Positions 14,281 to 28,443 are shown, numbered from the stretch's first letter. The stretch: 64,000 bases of DNA from the human T2T-CHM13v2.0 reference genome, Homo sapiens (GCF_009914755.1 NC_060932.1); one strand, 5' to 3'. Translations and numbers: made by a program. Notes: generated by a model not told the origin, from the letters alone.

Positions 14281-15815
14281 GAAAATATAAAGGAGAGTTT
14301 TCATTAAAATCATTTAAAAAACGTTGTAATGATCACTCAAATAGATCAGGCATTGAAAGATGCTCCCTATTTGGGAGAGGAAGATTTTAATATATTGCAA
14401 AAATATTATTTGGGGGTAGATTAGAACAGGAATGAATCAGGCTTACCCAGGCTAGGAAGTTTCAGGGACACTTTACAAAATGTGCTGTAACTAAAATATT
14501 GTACTTTTACCACCAATATCTAATCATGCTGAAGACGTGGGTAAAAAAGCATGGAGAAGAAACTTTTCAGGATGCTGGCATCTATTCGGTTCTCCCTAGT
14601 CCCGTGGTGTTTTCAGCTATGTTGTAATTAGGAGCTCTTTGCTACTGAACAGGATGCTCCTGTGTGAGGCACTTAGGCTTGTCCTAGGCCTGGTTCTCAT
14701 TATATCATTTTCTTCTCCAGCTCTTCTCTCCCTAGGCTGCTAGGCAGGAAATTGACCACAGGTAATTGGTGTATTCAAACAGAACATGTAGATTCCCACT
14801 GAAAAGGAGATTTTACAATTAGATTCTGCTTCAATTAGGAGGCTGTTTCCCTTTCTGTTCCTGAGGTCTTACCCCTCTTCAAAGCAAAGTTTGAGTTCTG
14901 TAAACAAAAGTACAAAATTTTTATCCTAAAACCAGCTTGTGTCAGTAGTGGGAGGGGACCTGGGGCTAGGTTAGGATGCACCGATCTTTTGAGCCAAGCC
15001 AACTTATTTAATTCATGGAAGGAGAGTGTGTTCCTTTCTTTTGCTTCTATCTTTGCTCAGATATCTTTTTGAAAGTTATCAGATTTCTGTAGCTGCTGTA
15101 ATATCAAGAAATAGGAAGAAAGTGGGAAATAAGAGGTGGCAAGGACCCTGTCTCTAAGCTCATCCACACCCCCAGCTGAAATTATCCTGCTCACTGGGGC
15201 ACAGGTGCTGATTTCCCTCCCTGATTTGGTCATTAAACACTTCTTACTGCTTCAATACATTTTCCCCCAAGGCCCCTGTCAAGGATGCTGCTTCTCCTAT
15301 GATTACAACACAGCCAGTTGGGCCTCTGAACCTATTACTTCCCTTTTCCTAACGACCTTATAATGGCTGCTGGACTTATTCATGCCACCTGACAGATAAC
15401 GATGTCAATTATTCAAACCTCAAATAGTGTCTTCTCGCCTGGAACAATTTCTTGCTTAGTTTTGTTTTGTAAAAAATAGAGCCAGCCAATAGCAAGATAA
15501 ATGCTTCTCTAATTTATATTTTCTAAGTGTGTCATACAGGTTTGGGTTCATGATCCAACACATTCATGAATTGCCATGGGGCTAATAATACTAGTTTCTT
15601 CACAGATTGTGTGTTGACAGAATTAAATAAAGTGAGTTTATTCATATAAAATTCTTAGGAAATTATCTTAAGATGGAGGATTTTAATTTTGTTAGTGATT
15701 GTCATCCTTGTTCATTACAAATACAGCTTCCTTCCTCTTGTATGCAGGTGAGTTTTACTAAGTAGAGGCAAGGTTACTGAGGGAGGAGACCAAAAAGGTA
15801 ATAAAAGATGAGTTG

Positions 15816-16454
15816 CATATTAGGCTGTTCTTGCATTGCTATAAAGAAATGCCTGAGACTGGATAATTTATAAGGAAAACATGTTTAATTGGCTCACGAT
15901 TCTGCAGGCCTGGTAGGAATCATGGCACTGGCATCTGCTTGGCTTCTGGGGAGGCTTCAGGAAACTTATAATCATGGCAGAAGGTGATGGAGGAGCAAGC
16001 ATATCACATAGCCAGAGCAGGAGCAAGGAGGCAAGGAGGAGAGGAGGCACCATACACTTTTAAATGACCATATCTCACCATAACTCACTCCCTATTGCAA
16101 AGACAACACCAAGCCATGAAGGATGTACTCACATGACCCAAACACCTCCCACCAGGCCCCACCTCCAGCATTGGGAGTTACAATCCAACATAAGATTTGG
16201 GTGGGGACAAATATCCAAACTATATCATTCTATCTCCGGCCCCTCCCAAATCTCATATCCTTCTCATACTGCAAAATACAAGTATGCCTTCCCAACAGTC
16301 CCCCAAAGTCTTAACTCATTCCAGCATTAACCAAAAAGTCCAAAGTCTCATCTGAGACAAGGCAAATGCCTTCCACTGATGAGCCTGTAAAATCAAAAAC
16401 AAGTTAGCTACTTTCAAGATACAATGGGGGTATAGGCATTGGGTAAACACTTCC
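15816..16454 (-). mobile_element. MST (A/B) MaLR LTR (15816-16227) plus MST-int fragment
   Basis: ttgctataaagaaatgcctgagactgg...ggggacaaatatccaaactatatca, then cccctcccaaatctcat...gatacaatggggg. Confidence 0.9.
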
Positions 16455-17234
16455 ACTTCCTGCATTACTTCAGTCACAACACTCTCGACACTCTTGCTTG
16501 AACTGCCCTGGCTGCAGGCCTCTCAGCCTCAGGAGCACTTTAGGAAGAGGCTCACATTCTCCAGGAACCAGAATAGCTGTCGCCCACAGCCCCTGGGCTC
16601 TGTCACTGATTCAGGTGGTTCCTCACCTTCCATCACCAATCTGCACTTTCTGGCTTTTGTGGGTGGACAGTGAAGAAGACAAATGCAAATAGAATATTAT
16701 TTATGTTATCTTTGAAGTGATAAATTTCTCATTGTTATTAATTGCAAACTGCCGGGGTAAAGAGCATAGGGTCCATGCACACCATGCCTCTAAATTGCCT
16801 AATATTGGGTGAGAGTTACTTTTTTTTAATGTTCTAATCTAGTCATGATGAATTCTAACTCCTTCATATTGAACTGCCTTTCATTGTGTTTTTAGTTTTG
16901 CTCTGCTGGGCAGGAGTTTCTCTGTTGCAGAGCTTTGACCAGGACGTGGTGGTTTCCTTCAACCCCTAATTCTTGGCAATTAGTTAATATTCCTTTGTGG
17001 TATTCCATCGATTCTCATACATGCAGTGCTTGAATTCTACTATTAGAAATGATGAACTGAAGGTTTTGTTTTTTTTTTCTGTCACTGCAGCCTTCAGCCT
17101 TCTTTTCCTCTGCCCACATCTTAGACACTAAAAATACTCCTTAATATATCCTTGTACCACTGGTTGGAATCAAATGCCTCCAAACATAAATGTTATTAAT
17201 TTTTCAATATTTTCTCCTAATTTAATTAGAAACT

Positions 17235-17650
17235 TTTTCATTTCAAGTAATAGACACCTAGCACAAACTGAACGATAAAGAAGGGAGGGATGGGGGAATG
17301 GAAAGACGGAGTTATTGGTTTGCATTGGGTGGAAAGTACAGGAATTCATCTGGCTTTTGTCAGGAGGAGAATCAGGGAATCAGAGGTTAGCATGATGTCA
17401 TGAGTCACTGTGTCTCTCTCTATTTCAGATTTACTTTTCTCTGTGAAATGACTTCATATTGCTGAGTCATTACTCAGGTGATCAGGAAATGTGGTTTTTG
17501 GCAGATACTTGGGGTCCTGCTGCTTGATATTCTAGAGGAGTAGAACCCTTTCCTCTTCCAGAGGACATCTCAGGTAAGGTTTTGATTAGTTTTGCTGATT
17601 TCACCACTATCTTGAACCAATCACGGTGTTGGAGAAATTAGTACTGTAAT
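17235..17650 (-). mobile_element. Old MLT1-type LTR remnant
   Basis: ttcaagtaatagacacc...ttattggtttgcat; weak recalled similarity. Confidence 0.4.
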
Positions 17651-18939
17651 TGGCTATTGTATAACAAGTAAGGATGGTGAAGAGAGTCCTTTGTGTGACA
17701 GTTTCATTAAATCACAGTTCTGAGTAGGAAGGTTTCCCAGAGGAGAAGAAAAGGTTTATACTGAAGAAGATAAAGGGATTTAAAGGCCTCAAAAATGGGT
17801 GTTCATGACAATGACCCAGCTCTCATCAAGATAAGGCATGATAGTTATTGCACACAAAGAAAGAACATAAATAACTATGCCCTTCATGTGTAAGAGGTCA
17901 TGTAGACCTTAAAGAATGCCCACACCCACATGACAGTGGGCTGGTGTAATCACTTCCATTCCAAACACATAGCTATGTGATATTGTGCTTTTCAATAAAG
18001 ATAACTCATCCATTCAGTGATGGTCAACATTCCCCTGTCTCCAAAAAAAACAGGCTTCTGTGACCTTGGATTTAGTAAATACCTTGAATGCCCTTGCTAT
18101 ATTCTGTCCTCCTTTACTGCATTGTCTTGAGTCTCAATTGGTTTGACTTCATCTCATACTTTCTTTTACCCTAGGGTTTAAAAGTTCATTTTAAACTTGA
18201 ATTGACTCTGTGTTGAGCCATAAACACACACCGGTTTACCTCCTGCTTCTGATTTCTCCACCTCAACTCCTCCCTCAGCACTTAGAAGGTTGAATGAGAA
18301 AAGAGAATGAATGCAGGCTTCGAAGGCAGGCAGGCCTGGGTGTGAACTGTGTGTTCACTTAACAACTACAGTGATGTCAGCCAATATCAATAACTCACAT
18401 ACGTAGTGGCTTGCTACTATGTATGTAGCATGCACTGCACAAAACACTTTTAAAACATATTTTCATTTTAAACATACTCTCCTTTACTTTATAGTCTATC
18501 TCTGACTCCTCTTCTTTTTCTTCCTCTTTTGCATCCTCCTTTGCTTCTCCTTCTTCTATCCACTTTCTACTCACTTACTGCCATTTTCACCACGGAGCTT
18601 TGCAGAGTGGGAGGTAAGCGCTGCTTAGTATTTAAGTCACTCAACTAACCTCTGCTCCATATAGCGTACTGGCATGGCCCAATATCTCAGCCCTATGCCT
18701 GCAACTGCCTCTTCTGTGCTTCCCAGTAGGTGTTTCCTTTGGGTGCCATTTTGCTCATCCAAAGAGAACTCTGGGAGAATCCCAATCACTGTAGTTGCAT
18801 TTATCCTGACTATGCACTGCTGTCAGTGTCCTGTGCCCCATTAACATGTTTGTCCTAACTACCTTCTCCTTTACCCTCAAAACTCAAATTGACCCTGTCT
18901 GATTGTGCTCAACTTCATCATTAAGGAGGGCATGCTAAT

Positions 18940-19170
18940 ACCAAGTATCCACCATATGTCATACATTCCACTGGGTTCCTAATGTAACTCTTTCCTTTAC
19001 ATTCACAGCAACCCTCTGAAAGAGTTTTTATTTTCTTAACCTTATGAACAAAAGAATTAAGACTTAAGGAGGTAAGTGACTTGCCAAAGACAACATGAGT
19101 AGAAAGACTGCCTGGGATTCCTACTATGACCTATTTAACTCAAAGGTCCACACTTTCTCCATTCTGCCAA
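18940..19170 (-). mobile_element. MIR SINE
   Basis: cacagcaaccctctga...ggaggtaagtgacttgccaaagacaac. Confidence 0.75.
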
Positions 19171-19664
19171 ACTCTATCACTAACACAATGACTAGACTTC
19201 ATATAGATTCACTAACCACACCCTAGACAACCATGCCTCTGCACTCTCCATGGCAGCGACTGACTTCCCTGTTAACTCCTTTCTTTTTTTATTCACCTAC
19301 CTTGAGTCCAAGAAGTTAGAGAGGTCATTGTAAAGAAATGTTAGATTCTAACTCCTGCTGGAAGCAAGAGAGTGGAAGTCGGCGGGACACTGAAAGGTCA
19401 CTACAGTTTGTGGCAGCTGCTGGTTTTGAAGCACTGGTTTACACTCCACTTTCCTTTCCTGTCAACTCATCCCTGGTTCTTAAAGAGGTCAAGGTCCTAC
19501 TGGGTAGATAATGGGTACAGTTGCTTTCTGTTATGATGATTATGAAGAAAAGACTTGCCATCTCATGCTCACCACTAAAGCTTTGCCTTTGTTTCATTCA
19601 GATATTCTGTATGAAATCTGGGGCCAATTTTAAGGACAGAGAGAAACCATGCAAAAGAAAGCAG

Positions 19665-19920
19665 GGGCTGCTGCTGGCTTAGAGATGGAGGAAAGGGGCC
19701 ATGAGCCTGAAATGCAAGGAGCCTCCAGAAATGAAAAAGTCAAGGAAATGATTTTCCCTAGAGACTTCAGAAGGGGTATAGCCCTTTAGATACCTTCATT
19801 TTAGTCCAGTAAAACCCAGTTTGGGTTTCTGAACTCCGGAACTGGACAGCAAAAAAAATCTGTGGGTTTTTTGTAACTTGTTTATGGTAATTTGTTACAA
19901 AAGCAATAGAAAACTAGTAT
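19665..19920 (+). mobile_element. MLT1D/E LTR 3' fragment
   Basis: gctggcttagagatggaggaaaggggccatgagcc...ggtaatttgttacaaaagcaatagaaaactagtata. Confidence 0.8.
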
Positions 19921-20299
19921 ACTTATCTCAAGTCTTTTTTCTTCCCGTAAAGATTTTCATTGTGTGCAGTCTTAATACTTCTCATCATCCTACAGAGACA
20001 AAGCATGGGCCAGCACTGACCATATTACAATCCCGAGGGGATAGATCCCTACAGTATAAGGGTAATACACTTTAAATTATTTTGTTCTTCACTTTTTCTT
20101 TTGCGCAATACAGTATTCAAGGCTTGCCCATCTGCCAAGCAACCTTTGGTTCTTTTCTGTAAGAAAAACTTATTCTGCTTATTTGAGACAAACTCATTGT
20201 CTCACCCTTAGGCTAAATGGTATAGTCTCAGAAAATGCCATTAATATTCCACCTTCCCACTTCAGAAGTGAAGTATCATTCACTTTCCCGCTCTCAGTA

Positions 20300-21295
20300 G
20301 AAATATATTTCATTATTTGTTTTATCTTTTTTCTCAGGCTCATCCTTTTTAGTGTCTTTATCGGCTTGTCTTCCTTTGTCCATCCCTTAAGTATCAGTGT
20401 GTTTGATGGCTGGGGAAGTCCCCGCTTTTCACACAACCCTGCTTCTTACACAATAAAGGCAACTCAATTTTTTAGCATTTGGGTTCAGAAACCTCTGAAA
20501 AATTCTTGATTTTTTAAAATTTTCTTTTTTACAGTCCCACATCTAATCACTGAGAAAATCCTTTTGGCGTGGCTTTGCCTTCTTATCTGCCCAAAACTGA
20601 CTTGCTTCTTACAACCTCCTCGGCTGCCACTGTGGTCGAAGCCAGTGTTTCTCTCGTACCTTAATTACTACATTTACTTCCTGGTTTCTCTCCCTGCAGC
20701 CACCCTTGCCCTGAGTGCTACTAAGAACTCACCAGGCAAAGCAGTCATTTTGAAATGTGAGTCCTATTAGGACATTCCTCTGTTCAGCCTCTCCCACGCC
20801 CACGTGTCACTCACAGTGAAGTTTGTTTTCAGTGTAACCTAGTCACTAACCTGACTTCATCCTCTACGACTTTGTTGCTTGCTTACTCTGCTGTGGCCAC
20901 ACAGCCTTCTTGTTCCTCCTAGAACACATCAAATAAGCTTCTATTTCAGTGCATTCACATTTGCTATTTCTTCATCTTCTTGGAATGTTCTCATGGATAT
21001 CCATATGGCTCACTTCCTCACTTCCTCCAACTTTTTCTTCAAGTGTCCTCAGTTAGGCCTGTGCTGATAACCATATTTCAAATTTCAGCTTCTGCCACAG
21101 CATTTACTTTACCCTAAATCGTCTATGTGATTTACTCTTTTATCATGTCTAATGTCAAAATGTCCCCCCTCACCCATGTAAACTCTAGGAGATCAAGGGC
21201 TTTTGTCTTCTTCCATTTCCCAGCTCTTCCCTCAATGCCTAGAACAATGCCTGACATAAAGTAAATGCTAAAAAATTACATTTTTTCTCATTTTA
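20300..21295 (+). mobile_element. L2a fragment
   Basis: ttcctggtttctctccctgc, ttggaatgttctc, cctagaacaatgcctgacataaagtaaatgct. Confidence 0.75.
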
Positions 21296-21689
21296 TACAT
21301 TTTTCTTGGGCAACTTCATTCAGTTTCATAAACTCATATGCCAGGGTTTCCCTGATCTCCCTCAGAGAGGCTCTGTATGAAGGACTGTCACGTTGTCCAT
21401 TCAGCTCCCCAATCCAGAAATTAGGAGCTGCCACATATTTGATTCAGGCATTAAATGGTCAGGCATTAAATGCATTCGCCTTATAAGCCAGGAACAGTGC
21501 CACACACCAAGGACATCTTTGCAATGAAACAGAAATGATTCTTCCTCTCATGAGCTAATACTCCAGTTGGGAACAGCTAATCACAAAACAGATAAGCACT
21601 CAGTGAAAAGAGACAATATTTACTTTATAATCTTCCAGGTTTCTATGGTAGGAAAGGAACTTCTATTGTCACAATGTTAAAAGATAGGA

Positions 21690-21950
21690 GTAATGACAAT
21701 AATGCTGGCAACATTAGCGAATGCCCATATTGTGCTTCCTAAGTGTCAGGCCTTACACCTAGTACATAGACTGGCTCACCAAATGCTGAGACCAACCCTA
21801 TGAGATGGATAGTCTTATTATCCCCTTTTACTGAGGCACAGCTGAAGAATAAAGAGGTCTCATGGCTTGTTCAAAGATACAGGACAAGAAAGTGTCTGAG
21901 TTGGATTTGAATCCAGACAGCCTGATAGCAGTGTCTTAATTGCAACGATG
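21690..21950 (-). mobile_element. MIR SINE
   Basis: caaccctatgagatgg...ttattatcccctttta...ggatttgaatccagacagcctga. Confidence 0.8.
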
Positions 21951-24869
21951 ACATTTTCATTGTCTTCCTCCAATCAGTAGAACGGAAAGTAGAATCAAGC
22001 ATTTGGAGCCAAGGACATTCTGGGTTTGCTTTTTCTTCTTAGCAGTCTCAGTACCAGCCCCCAAATGCGCTCCACACTTTGCTTCCAGTTTCAGGCAACA
22101 TGCATTCTTCTCTCTTCTTCCTTCAATCTAAGGAAAGTCACGGCTTTCTGTAGTCATTGATTTTCATCTTTGCTCTATCAGTTTTCCAACACTTGTGTAA
22201 TCATTGTTGTGTGCTTGATCCTGTCTATGTGAAATACTCACTGGGTTTTATTTCTTGACTGGACTTTGAGTGATCCAGCTTTATATGTGGCTCTGATTTT
22301 CAGAATAACTCTATCCACCATAGATGATTACCTCATTTTATACCTTAAAAATTTAAAGTTTTGGGTGAGTTAAGCCACCTGTTTTTCAAGGTCAAGGATA
22401 GGTTTCATCTCCAGGACTTACTACTTTCAAAATCTGTGCTCACTTCACAGGAACATTGGTTGGCATTTTCAAATTAGACGTTCAAGGACTTATTCATTCA
22501 AAGCCAGATGTCTCACTTAAATTGTCCCCTTCAAAGTTCTATTCTTGTCCTCAAAATGTTTCAACATTCCACATCATATTCTTTTAAATTTCATCAGTTG
22601 TAGCTCTTCAGTCTTTCAATCTTTGAAGAAATATGTGTGTTTAAGAAAAACCTTATAACCTAGATCTTCAGAATAAAATGATCTTATTATACTTGAAAAC
22701 ATCATTGGAATTAAACACATCATATAACTACAAAATGACAAAACTATGCTCTCTATGAGATGCATGAATTGACTCTGAATTAATTTACTGAGATCCAGTT
22801 AAGTAGCTAAATCTGGATTGAGAAGACAGTTCCTAAGGAGAGAATAGTCCATGTAGTTTGAGTGGATAGTTTCTGTCAGAAAGTAATGTGAAAGATGCAA
22901 AATTAACATTAATCCATGTTTGCTAAATACTCTCATTGCTCTGTCTATGTAACAGACGTGAGCCCAGAAGGTAAATGAGCATGACAGGTCTATGAACCCA
23001 TTTTGAGTTCCAGCCATAAGTTTCCAGGATATCACTGGCAGAAAATGCTGGAAACAAAAACACACAATAAAGTTGTATAGCAAAGAATCATTTTCACCTG
23101 ATTCTGACGGTCCTTAGGAGGTGTGATTTACTTCCATGATCTCACTTTATTAAAATGTCTTTTTTCACCCACTTTTCAGAAATTGTGAACTATAATTTAT
23201 CTTTTTTACAGATGCAAATTAAAAGGCAAACAGAAAGAGTGTTTGGCTTGGATTAGTAAGAAAAGAAAAAACAAGATGCAGCTTCCACAGTCACAACACC
23301 CTAGAAATATTTGGGTACCAATGTAGCTTTAAAAAAAAAACGAAAAAGAAAAAAAACAACTTCAGAAGCACAGTGTCTCCTTCACTGCTGTGGAGACTCT
23401 TAGCGTCTTTCTCTTTATTCAACACAATCAAGATGCAGCTTAGGGTGAGGAGAGCAGCAAACCAGCAGATAAATAAGGGCCTGGAAAGACAGGCAGGAGA
23501 AAGCCATCCTTTCTACACAGCATCTTATTACAGCAAAGTGAAGGGATATGATGAAAATAGAAAGAAATAGCAGTGAGAAGTAGAAAAATAGATAAAAGAG
23601 AGAAAAATTCTCAGTGTTTTGGAGATGTTTCTCAACCAGGAGAATCACACCTAAAACTTCCCCATATCCAGAAGGATAGGGCTGTGAAAGGTGGATATTG
23701 ATGAGGAGAAGGCGATATGCTGGGGATGGGTGGTTCATTTTCTGATTGTAGAGAGTGCAGTCAGAGTGTTTTGGGGGAAGATGCTGACGGAAACTTAGAG
23801 CATTTAGAGTGTATTGCAGAAGATGTATGAGGGAGACAGGTTCTAGAGTCCACACCGAAAAAGACAATATGAACACGAGTCCAGAAAATAGGGAGCAGAT
23901 TGTACCTACTAAGTGTCACATTGTTTATCTTACCACTGACCATTTTGTACCAGGTCAGGCTGAGGGTTACTTATGTTGTCTCCTGGGAGTTTCTCCCCTG
24001 CCTTCATTGTAGGGGAAGCTGCACCAGTAGGTCAATGGGCTGCACTCATTAAGATTGGCTGATTCCTGAGCCATACTGATTTTTATTATTCTGAATCTCT
24101 CTCCTATTTAGTACATTTTCTGGGACAGTCTAATGATGCACCAAAGAGAAGCTACAAAGCCATTGAATGATTCCTATTATGTGCACCTAGCCTGCATAAA
24201 GCTCCTTTTCTCGAGAAGTCGGAGTGAGTGGAGTCATATAACTTAACTTTGATCTATCTCAAAGGCATCGCCAGCTCCCTGACAGCCAGGCTCAGCAGAG
24301 CACGCAGGCATGGCCAGGCATCTAGTGGTTCTGACAGTCACAGAAGCTCTGTTGTGCTAATGGGCTTCTCTTAATGCTGAGAGATCAGCTCTGCAATTTG
24401 CTCAACAGCCCTGGGCCAGCTTTGCAGAGGCCTTATTGCTCCCATTCAGGCCATGTGGTCTGTGAGTTGGAGCAAGAGTATATTGTGAGTACTTCTGTGT
24501 GAATAACCCTGCTGGAGCTCCCTGCACTCCAGTTATTGACTGAGGCAAGTCCCCCAGCCTGGATAATTGCCTATAGGAAGCATCAACTCTGATCACTGGA
24601 ACTGGCCAAGAGGCAAATGTGACCTCCGAGAGTGACCATGTTGGCCTGGGTGCCTATCTGAAAAAAATTCAATGATGTCTTCATTTGCACTGCACCGTTT
24701 TCCTGTCTCAGCGTGTGGAACTGCTTTCATGGCTCCTGTTTTCTCATCTATGACCCCATCAATAAGCATCACTCTGAGAGCAGTACTAATTTTCTCACAT
24801 ACATTCTCTGAAGAACGTTCTTTATTCTCACCTCCGCATTTCCTGGAAGAATGTGTTGTCATGACAGCA

Positions 24870-25095
24870 GGGAGGCAAGAGTGTAGGCTTTGGAGTCAGA
24901 TAGAAATGGGTGTGGAGCCCAGTTCTACCATTTGAAAGTTTTGTGATGTAGAGAGAGTCACTTAATCTAACTGTGCCTCAGTTTTCCCATCTGTATAATG
25001 GGGTCAATATAGTCCTCCTAAATAATGGGGTGTCGTTAGGATTAGCTGAGTGAATGCAACAATGCCTAGCACAAACAAGCCCTCTGCAAATATGA
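24870..25095 (+). mobile_element. MIR SINE
   Basis: ggctttggagtcaga...ctgtgcctcagttttcccatctgtataatgggg. Confidence 0.85.
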
Positions 25096-25169
25096 GGTAG
25101 GACCTCCTCCAGAGCTGGCCTTTACATGCAGGCTTGGGTTTGCTGAAGGTCTTGTTTTAAAATGCAGTT

Positions 25170-25713
25170 TTTTTGTTTTTGTTATTTAAATTTCCAGGTA
25201 TGCTGATGTCAATAGATTAGATGATGTCATTGTAAAGATAGTTTATTATATTCACAGTTCCCAAGAGAAGATGGCACACTACACCACACAGGGTCACATA
25301 GGGTCACGCAAGGTGTGGGTCAGAAGGCAGAAGGGCAAGAAAAATGGGGAAGAGACTTGATTGGTGTTTCTGTGGGAAGGAAAAAGTGAGGCAGATATAT
25401 AGATTTAGGATTGGCTAGTTTGAATAACTTCCACAGCCTCTGGGGTATAGGGCCTGTCTCTAGTTATCTGGTACCTGGTTCTTGGTGATTACAGTAGAGG
25501 AATAGTGGCCCAGAGTGTAAGAGCCTGTAGAGGAGGTGGTTGGGGTTTGGGTTCGGGGTGGGTTCATTTGCATATGAAAGAGGTGCTCTCAAGTGAGTCA
25601 TTTATGTCACCAAGAATTAACTAGGTCTGAAAAGAGCAGTGTCTCCAGGGACAGCAAGACCCCAGATGCCAGAGCATAAAAAATACAGAAAATAAAAATG
25701 CATGATTAATACA
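25170..25713 (-). mobile_element. MER74/MER54-like ERVL LTR
   Basis: taggattggctagtttgaataa, ctagttatctggtacctgg, terminus catgattaataca. Confidence 0.65.
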
Positions 25714-25989
25714 GGTCTTTTCTTAGTGTATCCAGACAGAAAAGGGAAAACCAAGGAAACCGTTATTGAGCACCTACCCGACAGCACCTAAGAACGTTAA
25801 CACATGTACTTCACCTCTGGCAGCCTGAAGTTCTGCATTCCTCAGTTTGGGATAGCACCTTGAGCTCCAGGCTTTCCACCTCTCATATCTGTGAAGCGTT
25901 ATCCCAAGTCCATGCTTTGATTCTCATTATAATGATAATAGAGCTAGTATTTCACAATTAAGTCTTGAGTAGACTACTCCTTTCAAATG

Positions 25990-26650
25990 TCTCTTCATGA
26001 CAGGAAACTATTCTTCTGTTTCTGGTCTCCTACCTTGTCTTCTTAAATTTATTTTTGCCCCTCTCCTATCTGTTTTTGCACTACATCGAGAATGAACTTT
26101 TAAAAATGCAAACTTAATCATGTATTTCCCTACTTAAAATAATTTTCCATTGCTCTAAGAAAAAGGTCACCATCCTTAGCCTGGTCTACAAAGAAGGCAG
26201 GACCGTCCCCTGCTTTCTTCACCACCACCAGCTGATGTCACTCTTCTTGTCATTTTCTGCCCTGTAACCATATTGGTTTCCTTTTTCTTTCCAAGCATCG
26301 TGTTCCTTTCCACCTAAGGAATGTTGCATGTATTTCCATCACTTGGAGATATATTTTCAGCAGCCAGCCCTGAATATTCACTTGAAAAATTTTCATACAT
26401 CTTTCAAAACTCAGAAATTTCTTGAAGAAAACATTTGTGATCGCCCCAGTACAGGTCAGGACCCTAAAATCTATTGTGATGCACCCAATATTTCTGTTTT
26501 ATTATAGTTAAAATTAAAAAGTTAAATTCAAACACTAAATTGAGAGTTTTAAAAATATCTTTCTGTTGACTTCTAACATATATAAAATTAGGGTCTATAC
26601 CTCTCTTGTTTAATTCACAATCTCTAGTACATAATTGCTGACATAATTTG
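25990..26650 (+). mobile_element. L2 fragment
   Basis: ttttaaaaatgcaaacttaatcatg, ttccattgctctaagaaaaa, ccttagcctggtctacaa. Confidence 0.6.
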
Positions 26651-27363
26651 GAAAATATCTTGGACATTAATCCCAAATTCTATTTAAAATTTGTATAGAC
26701 GCTATTGTTAACATTAATTTCCTCTTCTTTTCTTATCCCATAACAATGTTTTTGTACACATCCTGGGGACCTGAAGATTATTTATTTGTATAATAGTATA
26801 TTAAAAATTTGTACTACTTCGGATTGTAAGAGTTTAACAAAATCATGCATGTGAAAACATGATGTAAATGATAATGTGTTATACAAATGTAATGGGTATT
26901 ATTACAAAAAGTAAATGATCCTGTTTGAAATTTAGTCTTAATTCAAGTCATCAACTCTATGATTTTCATAAATTGTTAATTTCAGTGCGATTTATTTCAA
27001 CATAATTGACAGCTGATACATGAGCACTGGACTATGAGCTTTGAACTTATATTTTAAACATCTTCTTATAGAGAAAGGATATGACATTCACATTCTTCTC
27101 TCACCTTCTAAATGAAATGAATTGACTAGAAGAATGTCCGATCAACAGTAGTCCACATATGCAGCATTCTTCATATATAGATCTGGTACTAAGTGCCAGT
27201 AAAAGCTAGTATATGAGGTTGGTTCAAAATTAATTGTGGTTTTTGCCATTGTAGAACACCACACACAGAAGAACAATCTGAATAAAAATATTAATAAGAA
27301 GACTAAGGTCTAACTATTCAAAAGACCACATGCATTAGCCAATACAGAGCAGTGAGAAAAGAA

Positions 27364-27690
27364 TGTATTAGTCACCTTAGGCTATGTTATACTTCAGTAA
27401 CAAATGAATCATAATCTTTATAGCATTCCACAACAAAGTTCATTTCTCATTCTTGTTCATGGGCATTGTGAGTTGTCTGAGTATACTCCATGTATGCTGC
27501 ATTCTGGAACCTATGATGAGAGATAGCTCCTACTTAGGTTTTGCATCTTTGTGGCAGAAGGGAAAAGAGAAATGATGGAACCACATGAGAAATATCTGTT
27601 TTGTCTCGGCCAGTTTTACATGAGTGAATGTGACATGTGCCACTTTTAGGCAGAGATTTAAAGAACCATGATTTGGGATGGATACAGCCT
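27364..27690 (-). mobile_element. MLT1J-like LTR
   Basis: tgtattagtca...ggctatgttatacttcagtaacaaa...caacaaagttcatttctcattc. Confidence 0.6.
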
Positions 27691-28219
27691 TCCTGCAGAA
27701 ACCACAAATAGTTTGAATGAAATCAATCATAAACAGCAAGTCAGAAAGTAGATTTCAGTTGACACATGATTGAATTTGGAAAAGGTAGGCTGGAGAGAAT
27801 ATAGGAAATTCTTTTGGACATTTTGAGAATTTTTGTTGGTTTTTGTTTTGTTTTGTTTTTGTAACTAACTAAGCATAAAGCCAAGTGGTGCATAATGAAA
27901 TAAACAAGTCTTAAATGCCAAAAATTTGATGGAAGCCTCTTAGAGAACACATTTGCCATCACAGGACATTTGTCTTCAGGCCGGTGATGTACCTTCCACT
28001 GGCACTGGTCTTTGCTTTACCTCTTTTCAGTCATCTCTCAAACTCACTCTAGGACTCCTTCCCGCCTACTGTAGAATCCTTTTGTGATGTCTCCAGTCTG
28101 GGGTATAGCCCCTGGTTCATTGCTCCTGTAGCAGCTGTGTGGTCCTTCTCCAAAGCAAATGTGTCAGACAACTACTGAATATATACATATATTTTTTTTC
28201 TTTCTGTCATTAGCTTGTG

Positions 28220-28443
28220 TCTTCTCAACAGGAGTGATGTCATCTAGGGGTGAAAATTAGTTCTTTGGGCAAAAAAATTTTTAAATGTTAGATATTACAA
28301 TGATCTGGGACCCTCTAAAGGGCCCTTTCAAGGGCCCTGGTACATAAACATGGTAGGGTGACCAGAGAAAAAAATTACAAATATATATATATATGCCTCT
28401 TAGGAAAGCATTACTATTTAAAAATGAGATGTTGAGAAACTGC
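28220..28443. mobile_element. hAT-Charlie-type MITE inside an L2 end
   Basis: Inverted termini ttctcaaca ... tgttgagaaa. Confidence 0.45.

Noticed and set aside
21444-21472. 15-bp tandem duplication tcaggcattaaatg
   Set aside because: Ordinary micro-duplication; the same applies to taatattagaaa near 45400.
23415-23876. 153-aa minus-strand ORF
   Set aside because: GTG start, hydrophobic composition explained by a purine-rich opposite strand, no recognisable homology.
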